DNA of 64,000 nt from Parasitella parasitica NRRL 2501. Its lineage: Eukaryota; Fungi; Mucoromycota. The DNA is taken from positions 129,738-193,737 of the forward strand of contig MU619278.1 in the NCBI GenBank assembly GCA_025201805.1, in the 5' to 3' direction. The position numbers were made by a program, and so were the translations under genes. Position 1 is the first letter of the stretch. Each line of letters opens with the position of its first letter. Of this stretch, positions 1-14,024 are shown in pieces. The notes under the pieces are model-generated. The model searched no databases and was not told the origin of the DNA. It saw only the letters and a list, made by a program, of their open reading frames with translations.

Positions 1-90
1 ACTGGTGTCCCACTTTCATTGCGACGTCCAAATTCAATTTCAAAATGACCCAAATTTTTTCTTACTGGCCCAACCTAGTTTCGTCGACTG
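1..90. mobile_element. Possible right end (TIR) of a Tc1/mariner-type element extending off the window start
   Basis: Sequence ends ...GTTTCGTCGACTG|TA; the reverse complement TA|CAGTCGACGAAACTAGGTTGGGCC has a Tc1-like TA|CAGT terminus. The partner end is not in the window. Confidence 0.3.
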
Positions 91-528
91 TAAAAGATTT
101 CTGATAGATATGAAATACAAGTTAAAAGGCTTTTCAGAGGTTTTATTTAGTCATTATTGAAATAAGTACAGTAACATACTTGATAAAGCTTGTTATTGCT
201 TTGAGAGAAAATTTCATTGCTGTTTCTTTATTTGGTTCAAAGCACATATAAACATTATAACCAGCTAATAGATCACGATTGAGCCACCTCACAAAAAAAC
301 TTAAAAAACTATTGTGCAAAACGATGCATTTCTTTCCACTTTACACTAAATCCATTGCTAATCAGAAATTTCGGATGCAGTTAAACATTTTTTTCATTAA
401 TATCCCTTTCAAAATTAACAAGTCGTCATGTGAAACTTTGACATCTCGTTTACTTGATAAATAAGCAAGCAATCTAATTTTCATTTTTTTTCTCTTTCAA
501 AATATATAATTTTAAATTATAATACATA

Positions 529-1595
529 ATGACTAATTTGTGTGCGGCAGTTCGTGATTTGATTATGAATATGATTGCCATATTGGTAAATTGCATTTGT
601 TTGCCATTTGCCTTTTGGAATGTAGTTAAAGCAGGTATCTCAGCTTTTACAGTATGCGGTAAAAACAAATTTACGCCCAAAGTGGTTGCTATTACTGGAG
701 CCAAGTAAGTATTAGCTAAACACTAATTTTCACAAATCATCCAACAAGGTGTAATATAGCTCTGGTATTGGTGAGGGTATTGCTTACGCTTATGCTAAAG
801 ATAAAGTTTCACTGGTTTTATTGGCTCGTAATCTAGGTAAATACCCGTTTTACTGCTGTCTCATAGTAGATGCTAAATAGTATTGGAGCAGAGCGTTTGA
901 AGAAGGTTGCTGAAAATTGCAAAGAACTGGGTTCTCCTGATGTCAAAATTGTCCAAATGGATGTTGCTGATACCAGGTCTGTCACCGACTTCTTTGATGA
1001 AAAGACTATTGAATATGGCATTGATCTTTTTATTGCCAATGCTGGTATTGCAACCGTCCCCGAGACGCCACTTTTGGATCAAGCCGAGAAGATTTTGCAA
1101 ATTAATGTGATGGGTGCTATTGCGGGTATTAACTCTGTTTTCAAGGCAATGCAAAAGCGTGGTTGTGGCGGCCAAATTGCCGTTGTTTCCTCTGTTTGTG
1201 GTTTCTTCAACCCTCCTGTTTTGCTTAGTTATGGTACCTCCAAGGCAGCTGTCATGTCTTATTGCCGTGATCTTCGTGCTCTTGGTAAAGAAGATAAGAT
1301 CACTGTCAATACCATTGCTCCTGGCTATATTGCTACCAACATGACTAGCAGTTTCTCTAGAAAAGACAAGCGCTTCTTCTTGACGCCTGAATATTTTGGT
1401 GAGCAGGTCAAGAAGGGTCTTGAAAATGATGTTCCTTTGATATCTCTTCCTCTTCATCAATTCTTTGGATTTGCCACGATGGCTGCTTTGCCTCCAGCTG
1501 CCAAACAGTGTGTGACAGACTTTCTTCATAAGCGAATTGATCCTATCTTGTCTAAAAAGAAGCTTGAAAAGGTTTTACCCGAAAAATCTCACTGA
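529..1595 (+). CDS. Short-chain dehydrogenase/reductase (classical SDR) with hydrophobic N-terminus, 3 exons
   Basis: ATG at 529; GT-AG introns at 705-759 and ~837-890. Spliced TGANSGIG cofactor motif, NAG motif and YGTSK (YxxxK) catalytic motif. Confidence 0.9.
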
Positions 1596-1860
1596 AATTT
1601 TGGTTGTTTTGGATTAAGATTTTTTTAGCATTTTCATATAAAATTGTTTCGCTGATTCCGTATTTACAGTGGACAAAATATTGAGACAAGAATCAAAGGT
1701 GGTATATATTACAATAATAAATAATATAAAAGCGAATAAAAGCACAAATAGAATAGCGAGGAGCGAAATATATGATGACAAGTTGAGATACGGAAAGAAA
1801 AAGGAGGATGAGAAGTCTATGTAGAGGGTGGCATGTTTAGAAAGGCCTGCAATCTGAACT

Positions 1861-4110
1861 TTACAAAGGGGGAGGAGATACGCGGGCAGAAGTGGGAGCA
1901 GAGTTTGAAGGAGTTCCATTATCACTATTATTGCTTGGTGTAATAGCTTGCTTTTTGCCTTTGAGCATATTTTTCAATGCTCTCAAGGCAAATACCGTCA
2001 ACCCGATACCCCTCCAATCTTCATCATGTAAGTCGCGAAGATCGCCTACAGTCATGATGTCCTGATTCTTTAACTTGTTTGCCCATTCATGAGCCTTATC
2101 GACATTACGATGACTTGCTATAGCACAGTCCCGTACAAATAACTCAATATCAGTGTCATCGGCATATTCTATGAAAATATTATAATGGAAAGCGGCATTA
2201 AGTGGTGCGCAAGGTCAATATAAGAGTAAAATTCACATACCTTCAAGAATTCGCGACACAAGGGCTTCGCAGGAAATGTGGGAAGTCAATGGAGGGGAAG
2301 GAGAATCATATGGATTTTCGGATTTCCTTACAGGTTCACTCTTAACACTTCCATTGCTGCCTGTAGAATTAGCACTTTGAGGAAGGCAAGTGTCGGTGAA
2401 AACTGAAGCGAGGCGAGCAGCTGCAGTGGAATTTTCTATACTTTTGAAGCGAGACGTGTCAATCTTTAAATCATGGTTGAAACGCGGGTTCTTTTTGAGC
2501 ACTTCCAGCTGTTCTGTTGTCAATTGCTGGGTTTCCTTGATTTCGCGAAGGCTGCGGATGGCATCACGATATCTAATTTCAGCGACACGAGCACGATTCT
2601 CGTACCCATCACATTTATTTTCTACCTCCAACACATGTTCAGCCGCTCTCTCCAGCTCTTCGCGTGTTCTTTCAAGTTCAGATCTAATGTCACTTTCACG
2701 TCTCCATACAGATTCTCTGCTTTGATCATCCTGTTCATTCTCACCTCCACCATTCCTGGGCTTTTCGATATCTCTCAATATACGGTTGATCTCTTTGGTG
2801 ATGTGATGCTGATATCTCTCTGGAAGCACTTGCTCTTCAATCTACACGATTACAAAACAAGCTTAGCGACTTAATTTAACACGTAATGTCGTACCAAGTA
2901 TATACCATCTCACGAACAACCTGTTCAGCAGTGTCTGTTTCTACATTAAAGTCAAATTTCACAGAAAGTTTATCCATGCCTTTGAAAACGACCTGAAGCG
3001 TGAGATGGACGTGAGCCGGATCAGCAGCAAGCAAGACAACGTCAGGCTCAACGGCAAGAAATGTGTGTTCCAAAATGTCTTGCGCAGTCATTCTCTCGTC
3101 TTCTATGCCTAGGCAGTTGTCGATAATTTTTCGAACTTCTTCGTTCTGAACTTCCAATAAAATAGCAGGTTTAACGCCCTGTTACACTCATAGTTAGATG
3201 GTTGTAACAGCTCTGATGAGTAGTGTGGACTTACAGAGGAAACCTTTTTGTAGATTTGAGCTGCATTTTTGCATTCTCCATAAGGATAGTCGCCCGTTAC
3301 CATTTCTAAAAGGCACATGCCGAATGCATAAATATCTACCTTTTCATTGTAGCCTTGCTCTTCATACATTTCTGGAGCCATGAACTCTGGAGTGCCAATG
3401 ATGGTGTATTTTTTGCCCATTTTCATCTCGGCGGTACCCATATCGCCAATTTTGACTTCGCCATGAGCGCCATTGATGAATATATTGTCGCACTTGATAT
3501 CTCGATGAATGATAGAGGGGCTATAGCCATGCAGATAAGCCAATCCTTTAAGGATTTGACGAGACCAGCGCTTAACAATCTTGATGTTGGGCAAGCGCAA
3601 TTTACGAATGTATTCTCGAAGCGTCCCAGAGGTCATCAGTTCCGTTACAAACACGAATTCGTTTTTTTGATGCCAGGCATCATGAAAAGCTATGATATTG
3701 GGATGCCGGACAGATTTTAAAATGCCAATTTCATGCTGCATTTCCTTGTGGTCGATGGACTTGGTAGCCTGCATTGTGTTCCATGCAACCTCATAGCCTT
3801 CTTCTCGGTCGATCGCTTTATAGACTATTTTGTACGCACCTTTACCTAACAGAGTGTTGAGACGGACATAGCGCTCATTAGGCGAGACTTCGACAACTTT
3901 TTCGGCATCATGGGAGCGAGATTGATCGATAATTTCATTTGAATGGGGCATTGGACCAGAGCGACGCTGTTGAGAGATGGTCTTTTTCTGTTGATTTTGA
4001 TCAGAATTGGCGTAATAGCTGTGCTGTTGCTGCTGCTGACGATTGTCCAGCGGATCATCGTCAAAGTTGATGGTTTCATCCTCGAAGCTAACTGATTGAG
4101 AGCTAGTCAT
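1861..4110 (-). CDS. WNK: WNK-family (with-no-lysine) Ser/Thr kinase with PF2/CCT-like domain, coiled coil and C-terminal SAM-like domain, 4 exons
   Basis: LGKGAYKIVYK (Lys in the Gly loop), VAWN lacking the beta3 Lys, HRDIKCDNIFING, DMG, GTPEFMAPE. KFDFNVETDTAEQVVREM follows the kinase domain. ORFs 3109-4110, 2876-3157, 2233-2829 and 1861-2055 are joined by GT-AG introns. Confidence 0.93.
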
Positions 4111-7100
4111 CTTGATTCTGAACGAGCAATGATAATGCGCAGAAGTAGAGTAGGCTTGTATGCGTGTGTATTTAAAGAGACAAGACGAGAGCCGTAAGAG
4201 GGAAAGTTTTTATAAAGAAAAACGGAACCACACTTTGCTGTTTTGTCCAGGTTGATTTTCTTTTATTTGATTTAAACTGTGTAAAGAAAAAGAAAAGAAA
4301 AGGAAAAAAAAAAAAAAAAAGAATATTTCGACCGTTCCCAAATCGACCAGCTTCTGCTAATGTTTATCGCTTGAAATCAATTGATAGAAGAAGGCTTGAT
4401 ATCAAACTTTTCTCATTGGTAGCTACGTCATGTTAGGTAGACTCATTGGTTCAAATGCCCTTTGAGTCGACCAAGACCAAAGAACAAGCAGTCTTTTCAC
4501 ACGCAAGAATAAGGCAAGATCCCCCTCTCTTTCCCACCGTCGAAGCTAGTTGCCCGACAATAGGCGGCTACTGAACGGAAGCCCAATGATACTTGATTAT
4601 GTATATGTTTTCAGATGAGACCATAAGGTTAAGAGGATCACATCGTTTACGCTGTGAATGTGATCGTAAACATGAAACATTTCATCTTGACATTTAATCA
4701 AATCCTTTGTGTCATTACGGTGATCCAAGCATTTTAATTGTGTTTCTTTGTCTACATTATATCAATTGACATAATTTGTAATATTGGAACATGACACGAC
4801 ATGTGTTTAATCCGTTATGATCACAGCTTGATGATGGGTCATAGTACATCTATTTACTCAAAACTTTATTTGCTGTTATGGTATCATACCAAAATATGAA
4901 AAAAGCAAAGCAAATAAAAATCAGAAATTGGCGTCGTCTGTATAAAGCAATTTGTAATTGTCGCGAGCATCTTCTAACTATAAATTATCTTCGTCATCAT
5001 TACTGTCATTCAAGACAGGCAAAAATATACTTCGGTATAACAATAGCGAATCTATTATAGTGTTTCTACAGCAGACTGTTAATTAAGAGAGACAGCTTTT
5101 GCAGCTGTACAATTCAGTATTCCAAACACATTAAAACATCTTGAAAGAAAACTTGCTCATGTTATCAACCACGCAAAGAATCTCCTTTTAACTCGATTAC
5201 AAGCATGGTTTGATTTTAGTGTCGCCTCATACGGCTTTTTTTTCTTTCTTTTTGCCAGATCCATTTATATCAAAAACACTATGCCAATTTCATCTATTTC
5301 AATTGTAAACATGGGCACCACTGCATCATTAAAATCAGGCTTAACTCCTTCGAAATTGAGTGCTATACCATAAACAGTAAATAAAAGCTGTAGCATAAAC
5401 CATCGCATAATGGCTGTCTCTTGCTTTTGCTGCAGATCCATATACATTGTGAAAATAAGCCTTGATGCCAGTTTTCGTTTCAAATCTATCAAATAGGTAA
5501 ATCTTACCTTGTAAGAGTCAACAAAGGTAAACCAAAATTAAATGAAACACATATATGACACCTTTATTAATGTCGTCTATTTATACAATATTCTTGACTA
5601 ATGGTCCATGTAATTACGCCTAACGAATTCTTGTTAAAAAACAATCCTATTATTTTATAATTTTGTTCTCAACAATTGGTAAGATTTAATAGTCCTTCAT
5701 TACCATCTAGTTTACCTTCTATCAAGTTGGCTTTTCGATAGTATATCATATACTACCCAGACTCAAACAAACTCCTCAGATAATTTTATCCTGATTCGAT
5801 CTTTGATTTTAGGCTAGGATTTTTAGATGATGATCAACAATAATGTTTTACATTTTATAATTTCAGATTTAGTGGTGTTGTATTCATCTTAAAGGCCACA
5901 GCATATGCTGTAAGTAGCAAAATTACGCGCGCGGATCATAATGTTTATTGTTGGTAATTCTTTTTTACAAATAGGGGAATAAGTTACACGTTGTAACTGA
6001 ACCTCTTGAATGAATCTAGGCTTATTCAAAGATTACATCAAGGCCAGATTGCGGAATGTCGGTAGGACGTGTTGTCTATACTTTTTTTTTTACAGTACAA
6101 AACGAAGAATGGATCTGTTCTTGGAAATTGTTGATGTGCCAGAACGGCATCGAATTAAGCAATTATTAGATTGGTAATTATTTGTATGCATGACAAGGAG
6201 TCAGTTATTTTGATGTACAATAACATGTAGTAAACTTGGTATGTAATGCCAAGTTTAATGTCCAACAATGTTGACAAATAGCCTTACAATTGATTTAATT
6301 CTGTATAAAAAGATGGCAGTTTCTCATAAATAAAGTCATTAGTTTTTGTGTCTGACCTTATTTTTATAAAGCTATACATTTTTTTAGATTATATTAATAT
6401 AATATTTTCTGCGCATAACAAAAATGCTGTGATTTAATAGTATTTGGCACTTATTGTCGAACATCAAATGTTACAAACAGATAAAGATTGCTTATTGTTA
6501 CGCGCAGAGGATATACGAATTTAATCTGCTCACAAAAGGTATAAATTTATGAGAATAAGGTCAAACACAAAAATTAAAAAAGACTTAACTAATGAGAAAG
6601 TGTCATCTTTTTATACAAGATTATATATCTATTGTAAGGCTATTTGTCATCATAGTTGGACATTAAATTTGGCATTACATGCCAAGTTTACTACATGTTA
6701 TTGTAAATCAATAACTGACTCCTCCTTGTCATTAATGCATAGAAATACTTACTAATCTAATAATTGCCTAATCTCATGCCTGTTGAGATCTGCAAGATCG
6801 AAATAAGAAAAGTATTAAATAAAACGTTGAATTAACGAGATACGAAAACTTGAGATTACTTTATTAAAGATTCAACTTTGCATCTGCTATTTATACTTTT
6901 TACAACTACATAAATTTTTGGTGACTTATTTAAAATACTAGTCGATACTAATCGATAAGAATAATTTGCAAGCAACATCACATATCCTTAACAGGGTAAG
7001 ATTTATTAGTATACTACAAGACTGTTGATCTTTGATCTGACAGTACCTTATTTTTTGTCAATCGTACATATCTGTGATACAGGTAGCCTTTTTGATTTGA

Positions 7101-7277
7101 AACAGGTATTTTATTTTCCTGTTGCGACAAGCATAACAACACATTATTGGACAATCTCCAATCTTCAATTGAAGTACATTATGATGGTCTCCTATCTTAA
7201 ATTATGGCAGATTATATATGCTTCAATTATAGAATGACATCTATTGATGGACCAAAATTTTATTCTAAACAAAATTA

Positions 7278-10200
7278 TTACATGAATGGATTGACAGGAT
7301 ATATGTTAACGATGGGTGGAGACCGTTCTACATTTACTTGAATTCGAACAGTCAATTTAGAAAAGGCTTCGAATCTTTGCATCTTTGTATCTGGATCAAT
7401 CAAATTATCACTCAATAATTCTTTAGGGATATCATAAACAACCTTGGGGGCAGTCGCGTGATTTTTGTCATCTCCCTCTTCTTTTTCTTGTGCTTGAGTG
7501 CTAGTATTATAATCAAGCTGAGTACCAGAGGGTTCAACGTAATTTTCATCCAGTTTTCTGTTGTGATCCCATTCTCTGTTGGATTCGATGCCTTCCTTCC
7601 AATAGGCAGCCACACAGTTTTTGTGCGGATCATACACAAACTTTTCAATGGGAAGGGCATCCATATGGATACGTTTCTCAAGACCATATTCAGGCACCAA
7701 AATATCAAAACAATCTTTCAATACTTGCGTGACAATTGCTGTACAAAGGACAGCCTTTTGAGTTTGCTGTTCAAGCATGTGCAGGTAGTGCGCCAGATAG
7801 AGTTGAATGTTCATATCCTGTGAATTCTTGGCGCCTTCCTTACGCTCATTACAATGGGAAGCAGCGGTTGTAACAGATTTCTTCTTGTAGCCACAGGTTT
7901 CCTTATTGTTGAGAGCAGCTTCCAATTGGCGATGAACAATGATATCAGCAAAACGACGGATAGGAGATGTAAAATGAGTGTACAAAGGCACGTTCAAAGC
8001 ATAGTGTCTATACTTAAGAATGTCGCAAGAACCTGTACAAAAATATTTGGCCCGCTGCATGGGTTTGACGGCTAATAATCTCAAAACTGATTTTACATCC
8101 TCACTTTCGATCGCACTGAATGATTTTTGCATGGAACCGGCTGATGATCCATCGAAAGTATAGCCCAGTTTCTCTGCAATTTTGATAAACTCGTTCTGTA
8201 AAAAATCGTTACTATACCAAAACACAATCAGATGCCGGAATGAAACTTACCAATGTCCTTTCATGAGGAGGTGAATGCTGACGAAGCAAAGCTTCGTTGG
8301 GATAATGCTTGGCAATTTTTTCAGCAACACTCATGTTAGCACGAAGCATAAACTCTTCAATCAGCCGATTAGCGTCCTTCTGTTCGTAAATAGAAATCCC
8401 ACAAGGCTCTCCGAGATCGTTCAGTTCGAACGAGAGACGGATAGAGTTGATTGACAGAGCCCCATTGGCAAAACGACGTTCACGCATTTGTTTCGATATA
8501 CTAAAGAGATACTGAATATCCTGTTCGACTTGAGATACACTAAATGATGTGATAGAAGCAGTTTTGGGTAGGCCTTGGCCTTCGATTACGCTTTGAGCAT
8601 CCTCATAAGCTAATTTAGCACAAGACCTAATATTTAAATTTAGTGGAATGGCCTCAAGATTATACATGTGCACTTATAAATACTAACTTGATAACAGATT
8701 TACCAAACCATGTATCTTTAATATTGCCAGCACCGTCCATTTTCCAAATAACAGAGAAAGCGAGTCTTTCTACCCCAGGATTAAGACTACACAGTTCCTC
8801 ACATAAAAGTGATGGCAGCATGGGGATGACACGGTCGCATAGATAGGTACTTGTTCCTCTTTCATATGCCTCATGATCTAAAGCAGTATGCTGATGAACA
8901 AAATGAGATACATCTGCAATGTGCACACCGACTTCAAATTCGTCTTCATTGAGCCTTATTACATGAACAGCGTCGTCCAAATCTTTAGCTGTGGCAGGAT
9001 CAATAGTGAAAATTCGAGTAGACCGAAGATCACGACGCTTATCGATGTCTGACTGAGAGATCGACCAAGGCATATCCGGTAATCCCTTGAGCGCTTCCTG
9101 ACCAAATGGTTGCTCAGCAATGCCGTTATCTTCCAAAACTGCTCGGGTTTCAGCCACAATGTTACCAATATGTCCCAGTTCGCGCAAAACGGTACCAAAA
9201 GGATTGGTGGAATCTATGGGCCAACGTGTGATTTTGGCAATCATCAGCAGGTTTTGGTATTTTTCTTCATTTTTGAGGATATCACCAGGAGCATTCTTGA
9301 GCTGAATTGCAATAACAGGTTTGCGTAGATCTGTGGGCTTAAACCACACAATGCGAATGTTCTTATTATTATCATTTTCAGTGGCCGTTGACTCATTACT
9401 ATCATCCACATCAACAGGAGCCATAGCGTCATCCGTGTCTGGTGTTTTGAGCTTCACGGGAGCGTTTCGATGAATGTGGAGAATGCCCGAACAAACCTGA
9501 TTTTTATTTGTAGCAGTGATTGCCACCACCTTACCCACAAACTTGGGTTTACCTTTGTCGTCTTCACCTTCGTCCTGAGGCGGTCTTTCAGCTGCAGTGC
9601 TGTGCCTTTGCTCACGTTTCTGGATCATGTACTCCTTTTTCTTGGCCCACACGGATTCAAGGTCCAATGGTTCAACTACAACTGTATCGCCATCCAATGC
9701 TCGATTACGATCATGTTGTCCACTAATAAAAATGTCTGCTTCCAAATTTTCGCAAGTAACATAGGCGTCAGAACGATTGCGCTTGTTGATGCGCAACACA
9801 CCCTTATAAAATATGCCTTTATCAACCTTCTCCTGACATTCTTTCGGATCTAGGTAAGGAGCGAAGCGAACTCTGCCAGTCTTTGCGTTATGAATGATAT
9901 CGTTAGGATGGCAATAATCCTCCTGCTCATAACTCTTCATTGCCTTCTTGATCTCCTTGTTTTCTCGTTTTTTCTCACTTTGAACAAGCTGGGACGTCTT
10001 TTTGACAGATATGACACTTTTCTTGTTTTTCTCTTCCTTCACAAATACAACTGGTTTGACAGGTTCTCCCAATTCAGTAGTGCTCGATTTTTGCTTCTTG
10101 AGTTGGTTTGGTTTCGATTTTTGAACTGATTTCTTGCCTTCCAAAACGGCAGCTGCCTGATTGCTCTCTTCTAAAGTAGTGATTTTTTTACTTGTCTTTG

Positions 10201-11068
10201 TTTTGGCTTCTTTACTTGGCTTTTTCTTTTTCCCTAATTTTTCTACTGTCATGAAGGCTGGGGGAGGGATCTCTGCATGGCGATCTAAAACAATTGCATC
10301 ACGTTAGAGTTTTCAGCCAAAAATTGTAATCAAATACCTATTTTACTTTTAGCACTAGGGACCGACTTACTGCCAATTCTTGACGATCCGCTATTTGAAG
10401 ATGTTGAGAAAGAAAACTTGGGTGTTGGCTTGTCGTGATAGCTCTTGGTTCTATGGGTGAGAGGAGCAAAATAAATCGAGTTGCGCTTATCGTCAAGCGT
10501 GAATGACTCACAAAGAGCATCATGCAAGCCTTTATAATCGATCGAGTAATCCCCTTGCCCCAATTCTTTGCTGACCACCTCTGAGAGCGGTTCCCTGAGC
10601 GAGGTGTGCTTTTTCTTTCCATTTCCTTTCTTGCTGCTTTGGTCTACAGGCTCATTATCGGCATCTCTCATGCCTTTATTTTCAGCATTGCAAATACTGG
10701 TGCCTTTAAGCATGCTATTTGATTTTGATACTTCACTTTGGGGAGCTATATTCTCCTTGTCTTCTTCATCATTGACCTTTTTTCTGCTCTTTTTATTCCT
10801 TTTCTTCTTGGGCTTCTCTTTGATAGCAGCAGTTTCAGGTTGCTGGGGGTCCAGCTCGTTGCTCTCCCCAGTTGAAATAGACTTTGTGTTCTTCTTGAAG
10901 TCGCTGCGACGCGTCTTGGGTAGATCATTGCTCTTGCCTGAGGCATTAGTAGCTTCAGCAGCCTGATGATCATTCACAATCTTTTCAATAGCCTAGAATA
11001 ACGTTAGTTTTGTAAGTTGATGCATTGACAACATGGCAGATGTCTTACTTTTGTAGGCTCATTGGCAT
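7278..11068 (-). CDS. DIS3L2: DIS3L2/Ssd1-family RNB 3'-5' exoribonuclease with long Lys-rich N-terminus
   Basis: RNRALDGD, TIDPATAKDLDDAVHV, LIEEFML and YTHFTSPIRRFAD motifs. The first exon MPMSLQK (ATG 11068) splices to the 10330-10977 frame. Confidence 0.9.
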
Positions 11069-12166
11069 GAGTATTTTCGTCTTCTCTTTTCATATAAGCC
11101 GATGTGAAAATGCAAGAAAATTAATCAAAAGAAAGAAGATTGTTTTTGCTTTTCTTTTTAAACGATTTCTGCTTGCACCAACGGTTCAAAGACTGCTTTA
11201 TGCCATTGCTACGGCATGCCGCAGAAACAAATCCAGCCTGCCGACGCAGCAAACTTGCGCAAGGATATTAGAGACAAAAGCACAGGCCGTGTGAGCTATT
11301 CTGTAAGAACCAGATGTATGCAGCGAATATAGGTTAAAGGCATTAGGAACAGATACAATGCTACATTGAATCTTGTCCAATACTGCTAATTATCCCATTC
11401 ATAGATATAGTATGACCTTCCACGGTCTTTGATTCCGATCGCTGCGAGCTGTTTGTAGTATAATGCCAGTGATTTTCGTTATACCTGATCAAGCGCAAGA
11501 GCCATCCTTGAACTGTCAGCAATGCTGCACAGGCATCTGTGGTATACTATAATACCCACGTCATCCAGTATAGCCTCCTCTCTGTACATATATGTCTACT
11601 TGATCTCAAGTATAGAATGTCGTGTAACTCTAGTCTATAGTTGCACAATACTGTTACATTTTAGCTTGTAACAAACACGAATCTCCCTGTATCGCATGTG
11701 CTATATATAATACACACATGTACAAAACAAAAGTTTATCTTTTTCGTGAGTGAATAAAAAGAGACAATCTGTTTGTGTTTTGCATCTGATTTATGCACTG
11801 CATCTGTACGCAACCGAACGGTAGAGGTTAACCATGTTGTACCTTTGTTTCTGCATGTCATACACACATAAAGAAATGAGAAAAGAAATCTAAATGGCGT
11901 GTAACATGTAGATTTGTTATGAAGAAAATAAAAAAAATCAATAGTATTTAGATGTACATTTATTAGTAAGCGAGAAAGGAAAGTGAATTATGTATATGTT
12001 GTCAAGTACTATGGAAAGTGTTTGCAAGTGGGTGGTTAGAAAACAGGGTGATTGTATTAGTGTTATTATTATTAGGTGTTGTATGAGTATAAAGATTGGA
12101 TGAGAAATGTGGCTGTTGGCTGGTGTAATGTGAGATATCTAGTGGGCGGGTGCGTTTTCTACATAT

Positions 12167-14024
12167 TTATTCCTCGTTATCCTCATCAAAGAACTTTTCA
12201 GCAACAATGTATTTGTCGTTTGTTTTGTAGAGTCTCTTGATACAAGCAATAGTCGCAGGCAAGGTCATGAATGCCCAGGCAGCAATAGGCAAGGATATGT
12301 AATCAAAGATGTTGCGCCAGGTACGAGACTCAGTCTTGCGATACAGTTCCCGATCAACGACTCGGTGAAGGTGCTCGTAAATGGCCAAAGTACCAAACAG
12401 CGGAAGAGGTAAAAATACAGTGATGATCTTGACAATGTTCCACAAGTTGGCAAAGAATTCGGAGGTGAGGATAGGATTTTCAGAAGGTTCGACAAAGGCG
12501 ACCATCGAGTGAGGTGGAAACAGGATAAACTGCATCAAAGGTACTGCAGCAAACATGAGCCAACCTGAGGTGACAGGAATCAGATGAGCTTCCATCACCT
12601 TGGTACACATGACAAGCTTGTCGAGCCAAAAGCTCGGTGCGGCGTACATGCTCGTCTTTTTGGCTGTGAGTGAAGCAAATACATGATTTCCATCCAACAC
12701 GGTATCCTTGACACCGAAAGAGTTGCGCAGAGTGTAAGCAAGATCGGCAATGCCGTTGTAATGGCGCTTAGCTTGGACAAAGCGAGCATGCATATTGGCA
12801 ACATAGCCAGGAGTTTGGACGTTGGTCAAATTGATGGGTACAAAAATAGGGCAACAGCGAGCGAGTCCATCTGTCTTGAAAAAACACTTTAGCATCATGT
12901 GCATGTCCTCACCAACTGAATCAGCGTCTGTGTCCCAGTAGCCAACTCTTTCTGCCAGAACCATGCTAAGACTGTACGTAGAACAGGGAAATGAGAGTCC
13001 AGCACTGTTGCTCAAGCTGGACATGACCATGGCAGACCAGGTAATATCAGTCATTCTCACTGCAGCGGGAACTTCGTAACAGTTGCGGGAAAAGAAGATG
13101 GGTGGAGCAAACAGCAAAAAGTAGGGATCTTCTGCTCTGTTGAATGCCTTTTCGACCTAAATCATGAATTATACAGTTAGCTTTGGTTGTAATAAACACA
13201 TGTAACCACCATTACCTCGTTGGTATACAGCTCGGGGATAGATGAATCAGAATCGGATACAGTCAAGATAACCCGTCTTCTATCGATGCCTTGCTGCAAC
13301 ATTTGTGCACAGCCATGTCTTGCAGCATACGCTACATTGGAGCCCTTTCCGCGCGTTTCGCCGGGAATGTCAGCAGGATGAGCAGTTACAATAAACTGAA
13401 GAAAGCTATCCTTGAAATAGTCTGCCAGATTGTTTGATTTCTGTTCGTAATTCATTTCAGAGGCTTCCATGGCCAAGATAATGACATAGTTAGTCTGAGC
13501 ATTCCTATAATTTGTTTGGTTGTTTAGTACTGTGTCCTTCCCTTGATTCCCTTCTCCCCTCTTAACCCCTTTATTTACTTGTGATTGGCTAGGCGTTTGA
13601 TGGTGTCTCTCAATAGAGCCTCTGGCTCTGCATAATTAGGAACGATAAAAGCATGAATGAAATGAGAGTCATCGTATGGGTTCAATGCGGTTTCCATTTC
13701 TTCGAGCTCCTCAACCGATGTGATTCTTTCGCGTGTAGTAGTAGGAGAAGGAGGGCTAGTGGTAGTGCTGTCGGTCTTTTCTGCGCTGCTTTTGTTAGAT
13801 CTAAGGTTCCATTCACGAATGGTTTTCGTCATTTTGGTTGCTGTGGTGTAGAATTTGAATACATGATTTACTTGAGTGTACAAAAAGACGGCAAAATAAA
13901 CCAATAAAAATACAATGTAGGTACGAGGGATCAATAGAGGACCAAGAGGTAGCAACAGGACGGACCCAATGGCTACCATGGGAGCCACCAACTCGAATGG
14001 ATAATTTAATAGGGCTGCCTTCAT
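12167..14024 (-). CDS. Membrane-embedded GT2-family glycosyltransferase, 3 exons
   Basis: N-terminal TM helices; PNYAEP, RGKGSN, DSDS (DxD), GEDMH and QAKRH (QxxRW variant); C-terminal TM helices. Confidence 0.8.

Noticed and set aside
5100-5510. Possible decayed coding sequence in the 3-kb intergenic region
   Set aside because: Fragments look protein-like but match no family I recognise.
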